Part shown: positions 53,522 to 64,000 of the stretch, piece by piece
Layout of the letters: each line of letters begins with the position of its first letter
How positions within the stretch are numbered: position 1 is the stretch's first letter
NCBI GenBank assembly: GCA_964016885.1
Contig: OZ024763.1
Coordinates: 1,922,001-1,986,000, forward strand
Origin: Eledone cirrhosa
Lineage: Eukaryota
Length of the DNA: 64,000 bases
Reading direction: 5' to 3'
Made by a program: the position numbers and the translations under genes
The notes under the pieces: model-generated
The model's database searches: none
What the model was told of the DNA's origin: nothing
The model's input: the letters and a program-made list of their open reading frames with translations, nothing else

Positions 53522-53800
53522 GGTGTGTAAATATATATATATATATATTTTTTAACATATACACAGACACACTATATATTTATATATTAACCTCTACTTT
53601 TCTTTCCACACACATACACACACACACACACACATATATATATATCTAGTGTGTATATATGTATGTGTATATTTACATATATTACATACAACTTTTAAAA
53701 CTCTTTTTTTAGAAAGATATACATACATTTATATATCCACAAGCACACACACACACAGAGACAGACAGATACACGTATATAAATATATATATATATATAA

Positions 53801-53833
<33 letters not shown>

Positions 53834-54344
53834 AATATATCTATAAACATATCTACATATCTATCTATCCACCTCTTTCTACATATATATATCTATCTAT
53901 ATACACACCTGTATATATATATATATATAAATACATATATATATATATATATCTGTATATATATATATAAATACATATAAATACATATATATATATATAT
54001 ATACATATAAACATATTGATAGAACATTTTTCAAAGTTACATACTGGGAAATGATGAGAAAAGACTATTTCTCTTGGAAAACATGTAAGTGCCACCAGCT
54101 TTTTGTTTGTAGCTCGCCATTGTGAAGCCCCCCCCCTCCAGTCACGCCTGCCCAGTCCTCTTCTACACCCCCACCCCCAGTCGTCCCCTACACACCTCCC
54201 CGGTCCTCCACTAAACATCTCACTGACCCCACACTACATAGTTTACAATATATTGGTCCATTATTGATTGAATCTGCTCCGCCATTACTGAGCCGCATTC
54301 CTTCTGCTGTCTTCTGTTGCATATTTTGACAACTATGTTTTGTT

Positions 54345-55155
54345 GTTGAGCATCTGTGAAGACACATGGTCACTGTGTTGTTGTTATGTTACTGTTGTTG
54401 TTGTGCTACTGTGGTTGTTGTGCTACTGTTGTTGTTGTTGTTGTTATGTTACTGTTGTTGTTACTGTAGCTGTTGTGTTGTAGTGTAGCTGTGCTGTTGT
54501 TGTTGAGCTTCTGTTAATACACATGGTCACTGTGTTGTTGTTATGTTACTGTTGTTGTTGTGCTACTGTGGTTGTTGTTGTTGTGTTATGTTACTGTTGT
54601 TGTTGTTGTTACTGGAGCTGTTGTGTTGTAGTGTAGCTGTGCTGTTGTTGTTGAGCTTCTGTTAATACACATGGTCACTGTGTTGTTGTTATGTTACTGT
54701 TGTTGTTGTTACTGTAGCTGTGTTGTTGTTGTTACTGTAGCTGTTGTTGTGTTGTAGTGTTGCTGTGCTGTTGTTGTTGAGCTTCTGTTAATACACATGG
54801 TCACTGTGTTGTTGTTATGTTACTGTTGTTGTTGTTACTGTAGCTGTGTTGTTGTTGTTACTGTAGCTGTTGTTGTGTTGTAGTGTTGCTGTGCTGTTGT
54901 TGTTGAGCTTCTATTAAGACACATGATCACTGTGTTGTTGTTGTGTTACTGTTGTTGTTGTGTAGCTGTTGTTGTGTTACTGTTGTTGTTGTGTAGCTGT
55001 TGTTGTTCTGTGGCTGTTAGTTTTTGTTGTGTTGTTCTTGTTACTGTTGTTGTTCTGTAGCTGTTAGTTGTTGTTGTGTTGTTCTTGTTACTGTTGTTGT
55101 TCTGTAGCTGTTAGTTGTTACTGTTATTGTTCTGTAGCTGTTAGTTGTTGTTGTT
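54345..55155. repeat. (GTT)-based compound repeat with GAGCTTCTGTTAATACACATGGTCACTG anchors
   Basis: 5 anchor copies. Confidence 0.85.
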
Positions 55156-55204
55156 GTAGTTTTTGCCATGTCTATATTATAATTTTACCACAAACAATAT
55201 AAAT

Positions 55205-55900
55205 TATTACAATTGTTATGATTACACCAGTTCTCACGATTCCTTGACCTCTTTGTTGTGAACTTTAATTTAAGGTCAGACCTCTGTACAATGTCCTATC
55301 TCTTCCTGGGTCCACCTCAACTACGACTTCCTTCTACAAAGACTGTTCTGCTCCTCATTGTACAGCTGTCATCTTCTATACACATCACATGTTCTCACGA
55401 TTCTTTGTCCTCTCTGTTGTGAGGTTTAGCTTTTTAAGGTCAGATATCACTACCACATCCCGTGTCTCCCTGGGTCTGCCTCTTCTACAAGTCCCCCCCC
55501 CCTTACAGAGATTTCTCTGCTCTTCATTGTACAGCTGTCATCTACCACCCACATCACATGTCAATACCATCATGGTCTTCTCTCTTGCACATGACAGCCA
55601 ATTCCTCTTATGCCAAGATTTTCTCCTATCTTGCTTATGCTATGTCGCTCATGACACTAACATTACACATCCACTGGAGCATACATGCTTCATTTCTTTC
55701 AACCCTTCTCAAATCTGATGCAGTGAAAGGTAAGGTCACAGTGCCATGTAGAATTGTAGTTTGCATGGAGCCATCGTGTGGTCTAATCTTCACTCTGAGA
55801 GAGAAACTCTTTGTTGACAGCATAGGAACCAACTCCCTTAAACTTTTTCCAGCCTGCTCTCACCTGGCTATCAAACTTTCAGAGCATCCAACTCCACCTC
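55205..55900 (-). pseudogene. Older degenerate RTE-clade LINE fragment with a short internal duplication
   Basis: VPMLSTKSFSLRVK...ILHG...DLRRVERNEACMLQWMCNVSV; homologous to 8595-9040. Confidence 0.78.
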
Positions 55901-56570
55901 CTCCTCCTCTCCCCACCTCTACAGCTGATTAGGTCACCTAGGTAACAAAAGCTGTCAACAATTTCTAAGGTGCCTCCCTTGCAGCTTAACCTAAGTGCTG
56001 GATTTACCGTTGTTCTTAAACCCCATTAGCCAGGGGGCCCCATCTTCCTGCCAAAATAATTTTTTACAATGAAATTTTAAAATGTTTTACAGAGCCCACC
56101 TCCTTCAGGGGCCAAGTAAGGGGCCTCAGAACTTAACTAGCATAAGAGCTCATTTGTCTTAAATCCAGCATTGAGTTCATGGAATCTATTTCATGTGTAA
56201 TCTTAGTGCTTACATCTCCTGTGTATCTGCAGCATATAAAGTCTGTCTTCTTGGTTAACCTGCCTGAAATCCCAGATTCTGAAGAATCTGATTTATCATG
56301 GTGTTAATGCACAAATATTGGAAGTCGAGTCTTCTGTTAGAACCCATCGGATTTGCAACTCTAGATATTGCTCATTGGTAATTGGTAAAACACGTGTCTG
56401 TTAGTCCTGTAACTGTTAAATTGATGTATTCATGTTATTTATTATATATCAGCATCGATTAACGTCCATCTTCCATCCTAGCATGGGTTAGACGGGGCCT
56501 AGTTTGAGGCAAGTTGTGTCGGGTGGCCGTGTCTCGCTCATATATATATATATGTATATATGTGTGTGTG

Positions 56571-56603
<33 letters not shown>

Positions 56604-56714
56604 GTAAATATGATAATAATGGAGCTGCGGCGTTGCAAATGGGTTACATATGAAAAAGTTTGTCCTTCATCAGTGGCCTTCCAACCGTCATAGGCATTTC
56701 ATCGCTTTAAAGGC

Positions 56715-56740
56715 CATATATATATATATATATACACACG

Positions 56741-56774
<34 letters not shown>

Positions 56775-56805
56775 TATATATATATACACATATATATATA
56801 TATAT

Positions 56806-56873
<68 letters not shown>

Positions 56874-56934
56874 ATACATACTACATGTGTATGTGTACAT
56901 ATATATATATAGGTATATATATATATATGTACAC

Positions 56935-57008
<74 letters not shown>

Positions 57009-57111
57009 ATACATACTACATGTGTATGTGTACATATATATATATATAGGTATATATATATATATATATACACATATATATATATATATATACACATATA
57101 TATATATATAT

Positions 57112-57177
<66 letters not shown>

Positions 57178-57258
57178 ATACATACTACATGTGTATGTGT
57201 ACATATATATATATATAGGTATATATATATATATGTACACATATATATATATATATAT

Positions 57259-57310
<52 letters not shown>

Positions 57311-57375
57311 ATACATACTACATGTGTATGTGTACATATATATATATATAGGTATATATATATATATATATACAC

Positions 57376-57439
<64 letters not shown>

Positions 57440-57922
57440 ATACATACTACATGTGTATGTGTACATATATATATATATATAGGTATATATATATATATAT
57501 ATATATGTATACACATACAAATACTTACATACCTTGCTCTCTGCAATTCTGTTTAACAAACCTCATAAAAATTTCATTTTGATTCTTGTTCTGTAAATCC
57601 CATCAATAGAAACTTAAACCTTATTTATGGGGACAACACATTCCAGTAACACACACATGCACACACACACATGCACACACACACATGCACACACACACAC
57701 ACAGATGCACACATGCACATACATACATACAGACATGCACACACACACATGCACACACACACATGCACACACACACACACATAGATTCACACATGCACAC
57801 ACACACATGCACACACACACACAGACAGATGCACACACACACATGCACACACACACATACATACACACACATGCACACACACACATACATACACACACAT
57901 GCACACACACACACACACACAT

Positions 57923-57958
<36 letters not shown>

Positions 57959-58262
57959 AGACAGATGCACACATGCACATACACACATATATACAGACAT
58001 ACACACACACATGCACACACACACATGCACACACACACACAGAGATGCACACATGCACATACATACATACAGACATACACACACACATGCACACACACAC
58101 ACATACATACATACATACATGCACACACACACAGACAGAGATGCACACATGCACATACATGCATACAGACATACACATGCACACACACACACACATATAC
58201 ATACATACATACACACATGCACACACACACATATATGCACACACACACATGCACACACACTG

Positions 58263-58325
<63 letters not shown>

Positions 58326-58446
58326 TATAAATATATATATATATATTATATATATATAGTGTGTCTATATATATACACATACAGACACATATATACATGC
58401 TATATACACACAGATGATACATATACACATGCATACATCCACACAA

Positions 58447-58481
<35 letters not shown>

Positions 58482-58707
58482 TTTACGCACACACACATAT
58501 ATATACATTTACGCACACATATATATACATTTACACACACACACATCCACAAACATACACACGTACATGATTATCATATATTATTCATTCAAATTTACCT
58601 TCAAGACTCACACATGTACACACACACACACACCTATACACATATTCACATTCATACACACCTATACACATACACACACACCTATACACATACATTCACA
58701 TACATCC

Positions 58708-58738
<31 letters not shown>

Positions 58739-59055
58739 TACTTACATGCATGACTAAATTTCACTTCAAAGACATCACAATATATCAAATTATTATGCAT
58801 ATTTGATTGCATAATGAATATGTTTACTAATTACATATAATATATAATATATATATATATGTGTGTGTGTGTGTATATATATGTGCGTATATATATGTAT
58901 ATGTGTGTGTCTGTGTGTATATATATGTGTATGTCTATGTATGTGTGTGTGTATGTATATGTGTGTGTGTGTGAATGTATATATGTATATATATATGTGT
59001 GTTTGTTTGTGTGTGTATGTATATATATGTGTTTGTGTATGTATGTATATGTATG

Positions 59056-59086
<31 letters not shown>

Positions 59087-59458
59087 ATGTATGTATATGT
59101 ATGTATGTATGTATATATATGTATGTGTATGTATATATATATATATGTATATGTTTATGTATATGTGAGTGTGTGTGTGTATATATATGTATGTGTACGT
59201 ATATATATATATATATATATGTATGTATATGTATATGTGTGTATATGTATATATGAATATATATATGTGTATATATGTATATATGTATATATATATATAT
59301 ATGTGTGTGTGTGTATGTATATATATATATATATAATCACACTTGCAACATATCTGCTATTGGCTATTCATATTAATATTTTATATATGTACCCATCATC
59401 ATCATCATCATCATCGTTTAACATCTATCTTCCATGCTAGCATGGGTTTAGACGGCAC

Positions 59459-59530
<72 letters not shown>

Positions 59531-59701
59531 GTATGCCGTTTTATATTGAATCATATATAACAATGTTCATGTAAATAAACATTTATAATACACACACATT
59601 GACACATAAATATATATATATATACACATTTATATATACACATTCATATATATACACATTCATATATACACATTCATGTATACACATACATGAATTGATA
59701 C

Positions 59702-59732
<31 letters not shown>

Positions 59733-60570
59733 TTGATACATATATATATACATAGATGTATACACATACATTGATACAGACATATATACACACATGTATA
59801 CACACATGTATACACATTCATATATATACACATTCATGTATACACATACATGAATTGATACATATATATATATATATATACACACACACATTCATACATA
59901 TATATATACATAGATGTATACACATACATTGATACAGACATATATACACACATATGTATACACATTCATATATATACACATTCATATATACACATTCATG
60001 TATACACATACATGAATTGATACATATATATATATACACACACACACATTGATATATATATACATAGATGTATACACATACATTGATACAGACATATATA
60101 CACATTCATATATATACACATTCATATATATACACATTCATATATACACATTCATGTATACACATGAATTGATACATATATATATATACACACACACATT
60201 GATACATATATATATACATAGATGTATACACATACATTGATGCAGACATATATACACATTCATATATATACACATTCATATATATACACATTCATATATA
60301 CACATTCATGTATACACATACATGAATTGATACATATATATATACACACACACACATTGATACATATATATATACATAGATGTATACACATACATTGATA
60401 CAGGCATATATACACACATATGTATACACATTCATATATATACACATTCATATATACACATTCATGTATACACATTCATGTATACACATATGAATTGATA
60501 CATATATATATATATATATACATAGATGTATACACATACAGACATATATACACACATTCATTTATACACA
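56715..60570. repeat. Large (TA)n/(CA)n compound microsatellite region with higher-order units
   Basis: Recurring anchors CATACTACATGTGTATGTGTACA (56.9-57.5 kb) and CATGAATTGATACA (59.7-60.5 kb). Confidence 0.93.
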
Positions 60571-60577
60571 TACAAGT

Positions 60578-60748
60578 GAAGGCACATGGCTTAGTGGTTA
60601 GAGCATTGGCCTTGCAATCGAAAGGTTGTGAGTTCAATTCTCAGACCGGGTGATGTGTTGTTTCCTTGAGCAAGACACTTTATTTCACATTGCTCCAGTT
60701 TACTCAGCTGTAGAAATGAGATGATAGGGACTGGGGTCCCTATCATTA
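60578..60748 (+). mobile_element. tRNA/CORE-like SINE head and body
   Basis: Reverse complement of 25093-25262. Confidence 0.85.
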
Positions 60749-61127
60749 AATCCCCCAACAAGATATACCTTGGAGGAGGCCAGCTAAACTTGCATAGGTG
60801 TGAGCTGTCACACACATACATATATACACACACACACATACACATACATATATACACATACATATATACACATACATATATACACATATACATATATACA
60901 CATACACATACACACATACACATACATATATACACATACATATATACACATACATATATACACATACATATATACACATACACACACATATATATACATA
61001 TACACATACATATATACACATAGATATATACACATACATATAAACACATACACATACATATATACACATACACACATACACATACACACATACAGGCACA
61101 TTAACACACACCATCAACACCATTATC

Positions 61128-62100
61128 TGACAGTATCGGTAGAGGGTCAGACGCCATGCTTTGATGCATAGAGTTACGGCCCTTGCCATTCTGATATCAA
61201 ATCCCGCCGAGGTTAACTTTGCCTTTCATCCTTACGGGGTCGATAAAATAAAGTACCAGTAATACACTGGGTAATTGCTGGCCTTGTGCCTAAAGTAGAA
61301 ACAATTATCACAATTATTTAGACTATTCACAGAGAAACTTGCCGAGGTTAACTTTGCCTTTCATCCGTACAGGGTTTGATAAAATAAAGTACCAGTAATG
61401 TACTGGGGTTGATTTAAATGACTTTCCCATCTCCCAAAATTGTTAGCCTTCTTCCTAAATCAGAAAGCATTACTTACTTTGATTGGCAGTATCGGTAGAG
61501 TGTCGGACGCCATGCTTTGGCGCATAGAGTTACGGCCCTTGCCATTCTGAGTTCAAATCCCGCCGAGGTTAACTTTGCCTTTCATCCGTACAGGGTTTGA
61601 TAAAATAAAGTACCAGTAATGTACTGGGGTTGATTTAAATGACTTTCCCATCTCCCAAAATTGTTAGCCTTCTTCCTAAATCAGAAAGCATTACTTACTT
61701 TGATTGGCAGTATCGGTAGAGGGTCGGACGCCATGCTTTGGCGCATAGAGTTACGGCCCTTGCCATTCTGAGTTCAAATCCCGCCGAGGTTAACTTTGCC
61801 TTTCATCCTTACGGGGTCGATAGAATAAAGTACCAGTAATGCACTGGGGTAATTGCTGGCCTTGTGCCTAACGGAGAAACAATTACTTACTTTAAAACAA
61901 GACCGATGGATTGGCTGTAATTGGTAGAGCGTTGGACAATATGTTTTGTGGTATGTAGTTACAACCCTTTATGTTCTGAGTTCAAATCCCTTTCATCCTT
62001 ACAAGGTTGATAAAATAAAGTACCAGTAATGCATTGGGGTCGATTTAATCAACTTTCTCCTCTCCCCGAATTGCTGGCCTTGTGCCTATACTAGAAACAA
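61128..62100 (+). mobile_element. Cluster of S1 SINEs including a 221-bp tandem duplication
   Basis: Heads at ~61128, 61483, 61704 and ~61910; identical variants recur at 61341/61562 and 61481/61702. Confidence 0.88.
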
Positions 62101-62109
62101 TTCTTATTA

Positions 62110-62347
62110 TTAGTAGTAGCAGTGGTGGTGGTAGTAGAAGTAGTAAGGGTAGTAGTAGTAGTAGTAGGAGCAGCAGTAGTAGTAGTAGCAGCAGCAGTAG
62201 CAACAGTAGTAGTAGTAGTAACAGCAGTAACAGTAGCAGTAGTAACAGTAGTAGTAGTAGTAGCAGCAGTAACAGTAGTAGTAGTAGCAGCAGCAGTAGT
62301 AGTAGTAGTAGTAGCAGCTATAATCCATCCCCTGCAGCCAAGACCAC

Positions 62348-62379
<32 letters not shown>

Positions 62380-63533
62380 CAGTAGTAGTAGTAACAGTAG
62401 TAGTAGTAGTAGTAGTAGCAGTAGTAGTAGTAGTAGTAGTAGTAGCAGTTATAATCCATCCCCTGCAGCCAAGACCACAGTAGTAGTAGTAGTAGTAGTA
62501 GTAGCAGTAGTAGTAGTAGCAGTAGTAGTAGCAGTAGTAGTAGTAGCAGTAGTAGTAGCAGTAGTAACAGTAGTAGTAGCAGTAGCAGCAGCAGTAGTAG
62601 TAGTAGCATAGTAACAGTAGTAGTAGCAGTAGTAGTAGCAGTAGTAGTAGTAGCAGCAGTAGCAGTAGTAGTAGCAGCAGCAGTAGTAGTAGTAACAGTA
62701 GTAGCAGCAGCAGCAGCAGTAGTAGTAGCAGTAGTAGTAGTAACAGTAGTAGCAGCAGCAGCAACAGCAGTAGTAGTAGTAGTAGTAGTAACAGTAGTAG
62801 TAGCAGCAGCAGTAGTAGCAGTAGTAGTAGTAGCAGTAGTAGTAGTAGCAGCAGTAGCAGTAGTAGTAGTAGCAGCAGTAGTAGTAGCAGCAACAGCAGC
62901 AGTAGTAGTAACAGTAGTAGTAGCAGCAGTAGTAGTAGTAGCAGTAGCAGTAGTAGCAGCAGCAGCAGTAGTAGTAGTAGCAGCAGCAGCAGCAGTAGTA
63001 GTAGCAGTAGTAGCAGCAGCAGCAGCAGCAGTAGTAGCAGTAGTAGTAGTAGTAGCAGTAGTAGCAGCAGCAGCAGTAGTAGTAGTAGTAGTAGCAGCAG
63101 CAGTAGTAGTAGCAGTAGTAGCAGCAGCAGCAGCAGTAGTAGTAACAGTAGTAGCAGCAGCAGCAGTAGTAGTAGCAGCAGCAGTAGTAGCAGTAATAAC
63201 AGTAGTAGCAGTAGTAGTAGTAGTAGCAGCAGCAGTAGTAGCAGCAGCAGCAGCAGCAGTAGTAGTAGCAGCAGCAGCAGTAGTAGCAGTAGTAGTAGCA
63301 GTAGTAGCAGCAGCAGCAGTAGTAGTAACAGTAGTAGCAGCAGCAGCAGCAGTAGTAGCAGCAGCAGTAGTAGTAGCAGCAGCAGTAGTAGTAGCAGTAG
63401 TAGCAGCAGCAGCAGTAGTAGCAGCAGCAGCAGTAGTAGCAGCAGCAGTAGTAGTAGCAGTAGTAACAGTAGCAGCAGCAGCAGTAGTAACAGTAGTAGC
63501 AGCAGCAGCAGTAGTAGCAGCAGCAGTAGTAGC

Positions 63534-63565
<32 letters not shown>

Positions 63566-63650
63566 TAGTAGCAGCAGCAGTAGTAGTAGCAGTAGTAACA
63601 GTAGCAGCAGCAGCAGTAGTAGCAGTAGTAGTAGTAGTAGTAGCAGTAGT
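62110..63650. repeat. 1.5-kb (AGT/AGC)n triplet tract
   Basis: Seen directly in the sequence. Confidence 0.97.
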
Positions 63651-64000
63651 GCTGTGATTATCAGTTGAGAGACACTTGACTCTCAGGAGAAGAATTCTAA
63701 ATCCCAGGAGAGAAATTTATGGCAAAGAAGGAATTGGAATGGAATCCAAACTCGGGAAGAAGAACGGTGTACATTGTGTATCGAACAATAATAACCACCA
63801 TGCATTAACTGTTTTATTCTTCTATGTGTTTCAAACTGACTGGTGGAGGCCATCCTGGGGCACTGCCATTCATAAAACAGAACCCCCCCCCCCCACCAAG
63901 AAAAAACTGCTGCATCAGACTTCATCTCATTTGGGACAAGTTTATTGACGTTTGAAAAGTCTCTATCTCTCTCTCTATCTCTATCTTTCTCTCTCTCTCT

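Overview
Repeat-dominated animal genomic DNA, most likely from an octopod cephalopod (inferred from SINE families recognised from memory and extreme (TA)n/(CA)n/triplet microsatellite density). No protein-coding gene can be supported: nearly all ORFs in the track are translated micro- or minisatellites, and the only recognisable protein remnants are RTE-clade LINE C-termini (8.6-9.0 kb, 55.2-55.9 kb). The window holds many tRNA-derived SINEs, several minisatellites (26, 60, 72, 80, 89 and 140 bp units) and a ~580 bp Helitron-like foldback. The main hidden structure is a set of at least 8 short (150-600 bp) element families with little mutual similarity, embedded in (TA)n. They are built as foldbacks (a direct part plus an inverted arm). 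Several carry type I hammerhead ribozymes, often with a palindromic loop III and on both arms, with compensatory stem changes between copies. They share a GAGTRCT-like motif ~35-90 nt upstream of the (TA)n junction. These fit termini of microsatellite-targeting Penelope-like retroelements, or non-autonomous derivatives. All folding and alignment was done by eye.
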